From the human T2T-CHM13v2.0 reference genome, Homo sapiens: a DNA stretch of 64,000 nucleotides. The stretch's first letter is position 1; every line of letters starts with the position of its first letter. The position numbers and the translations under genes were made by a program. Positions 14,234 through 26,100 of the stretch are shown here, piece after piece. Location of the stretch: NCBI RefSeq assembly GCF_009914755.1, contig NC_060937.1. One strand, 5' to 3'. Below the pieces are notes generated by a model. The model saw nothing but the letters and a program-made list of their open reading frames with translations. It ran no database searches and was not told the origin of the DNA.

Positions 14234-14636
14234 ACATATATATCATTTTAAGTGTAAGAATATTTCAAATCTACACTGTTGGCCACTTCAAGTATAAAAT
14301 ACACTGTTATTAACTGTAGTCACCATGCTATACACTAGAACTCATTCCTTCTATCTAACTGAAGTTTTATACCGTTTGACCAACATTGCACCAACAGCCC
14401 CATCCCCCAACCTCCAACCCCCAATAATCATCACTCTACTCTCTTCTAAGAGCTTGACTTTCTTAAACTCCACATGTATATAAGATTATGTGATATTTGT
14501 CTTTGCAGAAAGACAAATGGCTTATTTCACATAACATAATGTCTTTCAGATTTATCCATGTTGTCACAAATCACAAGATTTCCTTCTTTTTAAAGGCTGA
14601 ATGGCATCCTATTGTGTATCTGTACATTTCCCTTTT

Positions 14637-15137
14637 CCATACATCTGATAAGGGGTTAATATCCCAAATATATAAGGAACTCAAACAACTCAATAGCAAG
14701 AAAACACATAGCCCAATTAAAAATTGGCAAAGAAACTGAGTAGATGTTTCTCAAAAAATAACCAATAGGTATATGAAAAAATGCTCAACATTACTAATCA
14801 TCAGGGAGATGCAAATTAAAACCACAATGACATAGCACTTCACACCTGTTAGAATGGCTATTAACAAAAAGATGAAAGAAGAAAAGTGTTGGTGAGGATG
14901 TAGAGAAAAGGGAACTCCCACACAGTGTTTCTAGGAATGTAAATTAGTATTACAATTATTGAGGTTCCTCAAAAAATTAAAAATAGAACTAGCATATGAT
15001 CCAGTAGTCCTACTACTGTGTATGTATTCAAAGTAAGTGAAATCAGTATGTCAAAAAGATATCTGCACTCCCATGTTCACTACATCATTTTTCAAAATAC
15101 CCAAGATATGGAATCGACCTTAGTGTTCATCAATGGA
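14637..15137 (+). mobile_element. Inverted 5' segment of the same L1M (ORF2 C-terminal region)
   Basis: CATCTGATAAGGGGTTAATATCC...GCAAATTAAAACCACAATGA...GTGTTCATCAATGGA sense L1, abutting the antisense piece. Confidence 0.85.
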
Positions 15138-15719
15138 AACAGAATTTTATTTAAGAGACTTTAACATCTCTGGTCTTATTGGAAAATCATCCCCATTGGA
15201 GTTACTAAGTTGTCTTAGTCTCCAGTAAATATTTTACTAATATGACTTTCTCTTATTAAATTACTCAATCATAATAAGATCTTCTAAAAAATGTTTCATA
15301 TTATATTACAGATTGCTTACTTACAGGGAGAAAATATGCTAATTTCATGCAAACATATGTGTTTCAGTTTCTGGGAATTAATTTGTTATTTTAAACTAAA
15401 ATATTTTGGTATTGGTCCAGAGAAAATGCCATATCCTTACCAAACCATTTCATTTCATATATCTGGAAATGTCATGTAGTTGTAGAGGTAGCAAAATGAA
15501 ATGTTTTAGTGACCACAGTATTGCATCTAGAAGGGTTCATGTAATTTATTTTCATCTATTGAATTTGAAGGGAAGTTATCTGTCTCCTATAGTCCTGAAC
15601 AGACAAAGACAGGTACACATTCTCCGTGTTCTCTCATCCCTTCCTCCAGCAACCATAGGAGCCACATGTTCCAAGTATGGCTACAAAGCTGAAGAGGTAG
15701 GCAAAGTTCAAGTTAGGGC

Positions 15720-16100
15720 CTCACTAAGGAAACTGAATTGTATCCCAGAGATAAGGAACCACCGAAATATATAATAAGGGAGTTAAAGTATTAGAATATC
15801 ATTTTTGAAGTGTACGCTAGTCACAGAATGGAAAATGAATCTGAGGGAGGACAAATGAAGTGAAGTGGGGCACTACAGAAACAAAAGGAATAATGAGAAC
15901 CTATAGTAAAAGAGTGGAATTGTTAATGGAGATGTTTGATTAAATTTAGAGCTGTTAAGAGAGTAGGGTTGACAGGATTTTATAATCAATGGAATGAGAA
16001 TTAAGAATCAAGGATAATGCTATATTTTTGACTTAGGAAGCTGACTATGTAGGGGGATGCATTATTGTATAAAAGTAACACAGAACAAAGGAAAGATCCC
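15720..16100 (-). mobile_element. L2 fragment
   Basis: Degraded purine-rich antisense L2 motifs (GTTGACAGGATTT, AAGAATCAAGGATAATGC). Confidence 0.5.
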
Positions 16101-16509
16101 GTTTGAATTTTCTTCAGAGTTGTCAGTTTATATTTTTATTATCATTCTTGCATTTGTACAGTTTATGAGGATTTTCAAACTACTTTCACAATATTAAACT
16201 AGGTAACTAAACTACAAAATATTTTTTATTCCCAGCCTGGTCGTCTTTTTTAAAATCATAATTCTACATAACATTTAATGGAACTGTTTTATATATATTT
16301 TTTCTATGTTAATTGCATTTTAATGTCTTATTATTTTTAAATTCCAAATATCAAGACCTATACCTGTTTACTTTCCACTCTATGCCTAAACAAGTCCATG
16401 AGTTCATGCAAAACCCAGATCAGGGTCCCATGCATTTGAGTCTTTACTGAATGTTACCTTCAGTTTTCCTATGAATCCTGTCAGCTCCAGCATTAGTACA
16501 AATATGGTT

Positions 16510-16565
16510 ATTTGAAGTATGTAGAACAACTACAACAATTTGAAGTATGTAGAACAACTACAACA
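16510..16565. repeat. Perfect 28-bp tandem duplication
   Basis: ATTTGAAGTATGTAGAACAACTACAACA at 16510-16537 and 16538-16565. Confidence 0.97.
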
Positions 16566-19120
16566 AAAACATTGCTCACAATATATTTTGTGGGCAAAAA
16601 CACAAAAAAATTGGACTCTCAATCAAGTTTTCTTGGTTTAATGCTGACATATTCTTAAGCTCAAAAACTTCACAGGTAATATTAACTGTGTCTTGCAATA
16701 TTGTCTTCATTTATCATCCTCCAATTCCGCATCTCATTTACCACAACTTTGAAATAAGACCTCATCCGCCATGGTCATTCCTTGGGGATGTTTCCCATGA
16801 CCTTGCTGATCAGGTTGACATTCCCCATATACATTTATATATGATAGCCAAGATCCAGTTACCATTCCTTTGTGGCCATTAGTAGAGTTAAAATTTCCAT
16901 TTTCTTGTATCATACTTTAATTACTATTTGTTTTTTCTACCTGACTCTAAGTCCCTTTATTTCTTTATTTCTTTTCATCGTAATATTTCTCAGTGATTAC
17001 CAGTGTAGCTTAACATTTAAAGGCTTTTGTTAAAAGTTTGTTAAGTTAATCAATACTTAAAATATTTTGCATTTTTTGTAAATCATTATGTTATATTATC
17101 TGAAGCTTATGTTCTTGTTTCTTTTTTTAGTTTTCATTGATAAATGTGTGTAATGCTATTCTGCTGTGAGCTGTCTTTATTGGACTTTTGCATACTTATT
17201 ACAAATGTAAGCGTAAATACGGTTTAAAAAGTGTATGGAAACTCTATTTTACAAAAGAACCAAAATGATCTCTGTTAAGGCTTTTAGCACTTAATAACTC
17301 CAAGGAATCATTTAATATCAGTAAAAGGTGATGCAACAACCTCTAGGTCTTCGTACTCAGCAAGATACTGCAAAATGACTTAAGCTATTGATTCTAACAG
17401 TTTCATATTTTTATTCTCTTCTTCCCTTTAGGAACCTCTAAGACAAGAGGTCAATTTAGCCCCATTTTATTTTTTAAAAAAGAATTTAGTGTTCTTGACA
17501 GGTGTCAGATTACAAGTCCTTAGAGACAAAGGTTTCCTGTTTGGCCATCACAGCATTTATAACACAGACAGCTGTACGTGGTTTCCCTTCCTCTTCCCCA
17601 GTTCCTTACCTTATCCACAGACCACAAACCCTAACCCACAGAGAGCAGCTTCAGATGCAGGAGGATAATTCAGTCTTTAGGCTATTAAATCAGTGACTCC
17701 TTAGCACACTCACTCTACAGGGATGGCAGCAACCTCTTATGATGATGTTTCTTGTGTGAGGATTGTGTGATGTTATACCTTTTTCCCTGTGAGGTAGATA
17801 ACAATGTTCAACACATTACACAAAAACTACTGAGCAGGCATGCAATCAATACTCAATCCTTTTTTGTTGTTTTCATCAATGTCATTTTCGATGAGTGCTT
17901 TAAAAATCATATTAAATTTGTTTTAATGGTCTCAATTTAGTGTCAGAATTGTGATCCTTTTTCCTACTTATTAAATGTTTTGATTTTTAAAAATAAATAA
18001 CTTAAAACTGCCACAGCATCAACCATGGTGGTCTATAAAATGCTTCTTTCTTCCTTTAGCATTGATATTATTATTCAGTCTTTGTAATTTTCTGGGGAAG
18101 CTCCAATATTCTTCTTGTCAAATGTCTCAAGAAACCCTAAAGATATGGTTATCTCATATTTATTTTCTCATTTCTTCACCACGCATATGGAGGGGGTAAA
18201 TGTAATACATTAAAAAATAGTAAATAGTAACACTAAAAGAGAGGGCACTTTCACAGAGTTCTGGTCAGCCACTTTTTTAGATACTAATTTTATGTTCACC
18301 ATCAACTGCAACAATAATCAGGAAATCAGGAAGGTTCACTGACCTTTGCATGTAACCATATTTTTAACAAAGACCTTGGATCCTAAAACCTCAGTGATGG
18401 CATCATAGCACTCATTGATCTCAAATTTTCCCAGAAGATATTAATGATATGGTTTTATCAAAACCCAGATATAGCTAAAGAATTCCTTTGTCATCTCAGT
18501 GACCTCCCTCAAACTCCTTATTACTCTTCATATTAATTCCATCACTTTTATACATCAAGTGGTCAGTGATGTTAAACTTGTTAGAACCTATGCGTCCAAT
18601 GGCCATGGTGTTGATATATGTCTTTTCCTTTCCCGTCTTTGTCTGGATTTAGGGATGGTTTCCATGGTGCTTGGACTCTGACTAAGGACATATTGTGAAA
18701 GGCTTATGTATACTGAGTGTTTGAGAATGTAATCTCTAAACTGCTGTTCTACTGAATATTGTCTGTTATTACTTAGTAACATGCTCATAGTCAGACTCCG
18801 TAATATCTAAAGCTTCTATTGGAAAATTAAATTATTTTAACAACCTCCATAGCATATTTTAACTATGAATGATACACTCAAAATATCCTCCCCAGCTGCC
18901 TTAAGTGTCATCCTTTGCATCCACCTGGAATCATCTCAAAGCATATGAATACAGAAAGAAGTAAATATTGGTTGAACACTTTCCTATGCTACAGGTATGG
19001 CAGTAGGTGCTGGAGATGCAGAAATAAGACATTTTCCTGAAACCTACAACCCAGTAAGACACATTCAATTGCTCCATTCATTTAGTGGTGTGATCTCACT
19101 ATCCTTCTTTTTCCTTACAG

Positions 19121-19242
19121 TGGATGCTGACGAAAATTGTACAAGAGAATTTATGAACAAAAACAAAAGAGACAAATGGCGAAAAATATTTGAAGTACTT
19201 TTTCTTGGGCTGGCTCTTCTCCAAATGACAACTGATAATTAG
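19121..19242 (+). ncRNA. Candidate internal exon (122 bp), probably non-coding
   Basis: Branch-like CTCAC at about 19095, pyrimidine tract CTATCCTTCTTTTTCCTTACAG|, donor AG|GTAAGT; stop codons in all three frames; no transcript evidence. Confidence 0.4.
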
Positions 19243-19952
19243 GTAAGTAAATGAGAACTTACTGAAACAAATGACTTTCTCTGATTAAAACACCACGCAG
19301 AAAAATGACATATTGCAGAGAGAACAACCTTTCCTCTTCAAGCTCACTATTCTCTTGTTGAGTTATCATTCAGTAATGGGTAGAGAAGCAGCTAAATGCA
19401 CAAAGTTTAGGGTCAAGTGAAAATTACCCAAAGCTTTATGGGTAGTTAGGTTGGGTTATATTAGGCAAGGGAGTATTCATTAGTTACAATGCAAACACTA
19501 TGTGGTTACTAGACATTCACATCCCGGCATGGTTCCTAGTTCAGCTCATAATTACCTTTTCACCAGATGATCAGTTTTGCAGCCTGGTGAAGAAGAAATC
19601 CTCAGGAAACACTGTGGTGTCACCCTGGAAACGTGGGACTAGCAGAGCAAGTGGGCTAAACAAAGTCTAATTATTTCTGGAGGGAAAAAGGGTACTCTGG
19701 AATTTCCCTGCCCCTAGAGAGAGCATTATGAATCATTTGGGTAAGCGGTCTCCTACATGTGATTCGAGAGTTCATTTATGAGAGGACTTTTGCTCTAAAA
19801 TATCAGCACTAATGATTGTCGCATTACCATTATAGATTCATTTCCTCAAATGTTGAATGCCTTTCAAATCAAGAGTCACAATGTAAAATTCAACTTCTGC
19901 CAGGAAGCTATATTAAGCTGGTGTCAGCTAATCATTTAAGTAACCATTTAAG

Positions 19953-20073
19953 TAGAGTGGCCACATATCTGGTTTACACGGGACAGCCTTGGTTTATACT
20001 CATGATATGATAATTAATACCATCCCCATTCAGTCTCAGTCTGGGTTCAATGATGATAAAGTATATGACCTCT
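19953..20073. mobile_element. MER94/MER81-like hAT-Blackjack MITE
   Basis: TAGAGTGGCCACATATCTGGTTTACACGGGACAG ... GATAAAGTATATGACCTCTA. Confidence 0.6.
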
Positions 20074-21025
20074 AAGTCTAAATCCAGTTGGGTTTAATGC
20101 TTTCAGAGAACAAAAATAACTCTGGCTAATTTAAATTTTGATTGGTTGAACTAAGACCAAATATTCAACCTAGAGTTGCCAGAGATGAGGGAGACCAAAC
20201 AGGTGGCTTCTAGTTAGAGCACTTCCTCCAGATAAGAGTTTGTGTGCAGACTAACCAAACCAGAAAAATGGAGTCAGAAGCTTTCAGCAAAAATACAAAT
20301 TTGAACCAAAATTATTCTTCCTTCTGGTTATTGCCTGATGTATTGAATTATAACTTCAAGATGACAATATATGTTTGCCAAGGATATAAAGAGATATTAG
20401 TAAAATGGGAGAAGGAACCCCAAACCAATACATTTCTCCTTCTTTATAGTATGGCCTAGCAATACCTCTCACAGCTCTGATTAGAACCCTAAGCTCTCTG
20501 TAAATGGATAAATGCCTTAAGTTTGTTGGAAGAACATTCAAATCTATAAAGTCCTAGAATAAAGGAATAGTAACTATTTCTGGAAATGTTATATTAATGT
20601 ATTCATGAAAACTCATTTTCCTAATATATGGATTATACTAATATCATTGCTAGTATGTTGGTTTATTAACATACGTGCTAATTTTGTAAAATAAAAAAAT
20701 GCTATGGTTTGAGATTTTTAAGAATCCTTAGCTAAAAAAATTACATGTAAGTATAAAGCTACAGTTTGATTTTTTAAATACAAAATTTTGTTTTTATAAA
20801 TTAATGACCTCACATTGCAGTTGATAAATATTTAGAAAGATCAGAGACCAGCAACAATAGGAGGAAAACAAGCTCAGTTCATAGATGGTAATTAAAAAGT
20901 TTGTCCCATGCTATACCAAATGTGTTGATAGATAACCATTAGTTTCTATTTAAACTAAAATAATCATTGGTCTTATAATAAAATTGGGAAAATGCTGATA
21001 TACAATATTAAAATATACATCATAC

Positions 21026-22489
21026 TGTGTCCAGAATTGGTGGGTTCTTGGTCTCACTGACTTCAAGAATGAAGCCGCGGACCCTCACGGTGAGTGTTAG
21101 AGCTCTTAAGGTGGCGTGTCTGGAGTTTGTTCCTTCTGATGTTTGGATGTGTTTGGAGTTTCTTCCTTCTGGTGGGTTCGTGGTCTCGCTGGCTCATGAG
21201 TGAAGCTGCCGACCTTCCCAGTGAGTGTTACAGCTCTTAAGGCAGTGCGTCTGGAGTTGTTCGTTCCTCCCGGTGGGCTCGTGGTCTCGCTGGCTTCAGG
21301 AGTGAAGCTGCGGGCCTTCGCGGTGAGTGTTACAGCTCATAAAAGCAGCGTGGCCCCAAAGAGTGAGCAGTAGCAAGATTTATTGCAAAGAGCAAAAGAA
21401 CAAAGCTTCCACAGTGTGGAAGGGGACCGGAGCGGGTTGCCACTGCTGGCTCGGGCAGCCTGCTTTTATTCTCTTATCTGTTCCCACCCACATCCTCCTG
21501 ATTGCTAGAGCCCAGTGGTCTGTTTTGACAGGGCGCTGATTGGTGCCTTTACAATCCCTGAGCTAGACACAAAGGTTCTCCTCCTCCCCACCAGATTAGC
21601 TAGATACAGCGTGTCCACACAAAGGTTCTCCAAGGCCCCACCAGAGTAGCTAGATACAGTGTGGATTGGTGCATTCACAAACCCTGAGCTAGACATAAAG
21701 GTTCTCCAAGGTCCCACCAGAGTAGCTAGATACAGAGTGTCGATTGGTGCATTCACAAACCCTGAGCTACACACAGGGTGCTGATTGGTGTATTTACAAT
21801 CCCTGAGCTAGACATAAAGGTTCTCCAAGGTACCCACGAGACTCAGGAGCCCAGCTGGCTTCACCCAGTGGATCCCGTACCGGGGCTGCAGGTGGAGCTG
21901 CCTGCCAGTCCCAGGCCATGCGCCCGCACTCCTCAGCCCTTGGGTGGTCGATGGGACTGGGCGCTGTGGAGCAGGCGGTGGCGCTTGTCGGGGAGGCTCT
22001 GGCCGCACAGGAGCCCATGGAGTGGGTGGGAGGCTCAGGCATGGCGGGCTGCAGGTCCCGAGCCCTGCCCCGTGGGAAGGCAGCTAAGACCCGGTGAGAA
22101 ATCGAGAGCAGCGCCGATGGGCTGGCACTGTTGGGGGACCCAGTACACCCTCCGCAGCCGCTGGCCCAGGTGCTAAGCCCCTCATTGCCTGGGTCCGGCA
22201 GGGCTGGCCGGCTGCTCCCAGTGCAGGGCCCGCCAAGCCCACGCCCACCCAGAACTCCAGCTGGCCCGCAAGCGCCCAGCACAGCCCCAGTTCCCACTCG
22301 CGCCTCTCCTTCCACACCTCCCTGCAAGCTGAGGGAGCCGGCTCTGGCCTTGGCCAGCCCAGAAAGGGGCTCCTATAGTGCAGCGGTGGGCTGAAGGGCT
22401 CCTCAAGTGCTGCCAAAGTGGGAGCCCAGGCAGAGGAGGTGCCGAGAGCGAGCGAGGGCTCTGAGGACTGCCAGCACAGTCACCTCTCA
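21026..22489 (-). mobile_element. LTR12C (ERV9) solo LTR, full length
   Basis: Reverse complement starts TGAGAGGTGAC..TGCTGGCAGTCCTC and ends CCAATTCTGGACACA; GC/CpG-rich U3; tandem GATTGGTG...GAGCTAGA enhancer repeats; U5 repeats. Confidence 0.97.
21430..21830 (-). promoter_or_regulatory. LTR12C enhancer/promoter: CCAAT (NF-Y) and GATA repeats, AATAAA TATA-like box
   Basis: ATTGG at about 21539, 21665, 21744, 21784; TAGATA repeats; TTTATT at 21465-21470 (AATAAA on minus); activity at this copy untested. Confidence 0.65.
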
Positions 22490-23010
22490 GTATGACACTG
22501 AAGAAGGAAGCTTTGATTTTTGTTTGATAAAGAAGCACACATTTCTCTCAGAGTAACTTAAGTTCTCCTCAGCAAATGCACATTCATGCAGTACACCCAT
22601 AGAACAAAGAGAAAATAAGACTGTATTAATCCTTAGTAATTGGAATAGTGATTTGGGAATTAAACCACCTTCATTCTGTTCACTAATTCTTTATGTAACC
22701 ATAGTCTGGGAGCTAACTTTCTGCTCACCTTAACATCTATATCAGTAGTATGACAATAATACTTCTTATATTAATACAGCATCCTGCCATGCCATTAAAT
22801 AGAGCTCAAGCCTAATTTTGAAGGCCTAAAACAAAAAAACACGTACTATATGTGAATTGATACCTGGCCCCACGTTAAAACAAAACTAAGCTTTCATAAA
22901 AGCATTTTTCTCTGCCAGGCCCTTTATAACTATGTTTAAACATGCAATATCTTTTCTAATTGTTTTTCTTTACTTCTGTACTTCTACATTGATGATAAAA
23001 ATGAACTTCA

Positions 23011-23187
<177 letters not shown>

Positions 23188-26100
23188 TCATTCCCATATA
23201 GATTTTGCACTGTAAAATAAATGTCTAATTACAATGGGAGTATTTGTAAGTGATTTATCCAAGTGGAAGGAAAACATAACAGATTCTGTCTGTCCTGCCA
23301 TTGAAAGTTCTTCTGAACATGGGCAATTGCTAATTGTATGCTCAAGACAACAACAAAATAATTAAGACAGAACAGGCTCCCTTCAAACTAGGAAGTGATG
23401 AGTTTCATACCAATAAAACATACACACTTCACAGTTTATTAAATTATTCACGTGACAAATCCAAACAATATGAATATTAGATAATATTTTAGTTAGAATA
23501 GGACTTACTTAAGCATGTGGGATTAGTATACTTTGTTCAATGTTATATATAATTATACTATAAAAGGTATAATTTAACCCAATATTTAAGTAAACTAATC
23601 TTAGGATTTTCATTTTAGAGCATAGAAATGCCCTAGAAATGAGGTTAAATCTAACCAAAGTCGCACCATTTATTACTTTGGGTTACCATATCACTAACCA
23701 ACTTAGAAATTAGACTAAGGACAAATTTTCCCTAAATAGTTAAAGAAAATAAATTATGTTAAAGTATATATTCAAAATGACTGTAACTTCAAAGCACACA
23801 AACTTAAATAGGTATAGAGATAAATATGGAAAGAAACAGGCTAATTCACGTGTGTTCTGTACTCGCTAAATGTCTTTATAATATTCTTTCTATCTATATG
23901 AATGCAAGTACATCAAATTTTCACAGAATTTTACCAATGAATAAATTGCATACTTTTTAATATGCACAAAATTGCATGCTTTTTAGGATGAAATAGTAGA
24001 GATATTAAACAAAAATGACTACCTGTTGCATATGTCACTAATAAAGTTCTCAAAAACCAAAGTTGAGATTTAAGAGTTCTGTGCTCCTTGTTCTGCCACA
24101 GATTGCCAGAGCATTCTATTCTTTAGATAATATATTAATTGTATTGTATAATTATACCATGTGAGGCTAATTATTTGATGAGCAATCATGAATGCAAACA
24201 GAAATAATCCAAAACTTCCCACCAAACACCTTTTCAATTAAAATATGTCATTACAAAGCTCAATATCCATTTCAGGTCTCTCTTCACTATGAATTTCCAA
24301 ATAGCTTAATAGCTGATCTTATTTAAAAATGCTTTATACTTTTCATTTATTCCTTGACAAATGTATATCTGAAATTCTAAATCTCGTCATTATAAATGTA
24401 TGATTCTCAAGCTGGATAAAACATAGTCAGAATTTATTCCAAAGATGCTGCTAATAAACAACAGCGAGAATTATTAGATACCACACTATGTACTTAGCTC
24501 AGAGAACTAAGTCGTAATTACATTCATGATTTGTATTATGTGCATAAAATATAGATATATGGGTAATAATATATGTATATATTTTTAAAAAATCAATTTA
24601 TATTGAATTTCACAGAGAACAAATGATTCAAGATTTAAGAGAGTGTATGACATAAGTATAATTCTATATTTGTAAAAAGTCTGATAGCACGCTAGAAGTA
24701 GAAAAGATTTTCTCTAGCAGGTTTTGCATCGTGCTATATAAAAAAGATATATATTTTCTCTTTTTTTGCTTTTAATTATTTTGTTTTTTTGAAAAAAAAA
24801 TGGACCCCTCCCTATATGCACACTACTTCTTACATAGCCAAGACTTCCCTCTTGTGGCTGGTTGATGTTAATATATACTTCTTTATTTTTTTAAGTGACC
24901 ACTTTTTAAAATTGTTTCAGCAAGGAAACTGAAAAGACAAAAGTGCATAGCTTAAGATATGTGAAGTCAAAGATAAATACAATATAAGTTGAGTAAGCTT
25001 ATCAGATTCTCTGAAATATTCTAGATTTTTAATTTTTCCAGTTAAATTTTCAATATTCTTTCTAACACTTCCTTTAATACCTTTGCCTTCCTGAGTATTA
25101 ATATCCTACTTCTGCTCCTGACTTAAATTTCTAGGAATGTCACTTTAATCAAAAACTATTAAATAGCTTTTGAAATTAAGGACGTTCTATGTCATTTAGA
25201 CTGTGTTTCTCTGTCCAAATTTAAGTAGATCAAAAAAATGGAAAACAAAGTAATTTTTATTAACATTGCTTAAAAAAAAAAAAGCCCTGACTTTCTTGAA
25301 ATTTAGAATTTACCAGGTAAGAATGTGAGCTGAGAAGAAAGACTTTAACTTTTAAGTCACTACCATCTTGAGTTAGAATAAAAACTTCACTTGTACATGG
25401 AAAATTGGTAAAATTTAGAAACACTAAGGGGAAATAAAGAGAAATGGAGAAACTACTTCAGGTGTCTTGCTTTACAATTCGTGTATCAGTTAATACTCAT
25501 AAAACCCTGAGATTATGCTGCTAACTTCCTTCTTGTAGATGAAGAAATTGCTGTTTTGATAATTTTCATGAATAAGCCCCAGCCTGGAACACTAAACTTT
25601 TCGCCATCAGTTGCTATATTAGTTTTGCTAAAAAATTTTCCCTTTTTTTTTTGCCTGTGCTTTTTCTATCTAAGCATCATTCTCAACATTAGTAATATTG
25701 AAATAAAGAGGTTAAATGGTTTGGTCAAAATTACAGAAAAAAATTATGGCCCATTTAGGAAAATAAACCACACAGATTCTTTACCTCAAAGGGAAAATAT
25801 TAAGGATATATTTTCCTTTATGACAATAGGCTTTACCCCATTCTAGCTGAGATGACTATTCCTTGGATGTTGTGAAAAAGCACCTATCCAGAGTGAAGTA
25901 AAAATAGCAGAGGTGCAACAGACTTGCTTAGCATGAGATTCAAAAGTAGTCTGTTTTATGATAAAAGGAACTCCAAAATATTTTTTAGAATAAAATTGCA
26001 AGAACTAGAGGTAACATATTTAAACATTTCTATAAAACTAAAGCTTAGAGATGAACTCAATCCAGGAAAAAGCCATCTGAATTATTAAACAGCTTGTCAG

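Larger units (their letters stand above)
12475..14640 (-). mobile_element. L1MA-type 3' end, interrupted by MSTA and MER11
   Basis: Poly-T tail, TATATTTATGGTGTACAA, GGCTAAATCATGCTAATTAACACATGCATTACCTCACATA; resumes after 14240 with GTTATTAACTGTAGTCACCATGCT. Confidence 0.8.

Noticed and set aside
17405-17510. Good acceptor TTCTCTTCTTCCCTTTAG at 17431 (others at 49052, 60910, 62043)
   Set aside because: No convincing paired donor nearby; isolated acceptors are common.
21530-21830. Regularly spaced repeats superficially like a CRISPR array
   Set aside because: Known LTR12C tandem enhancer units; no unique spacers, no cas genes, eukaryotic context.
21778-22538. Cluster of long GC-rich overlapping ORFs (up to 177 aa)
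   Set aside because: All lie in the LTR12C U3; high GC suppresses stop codons; no recognisable protein.
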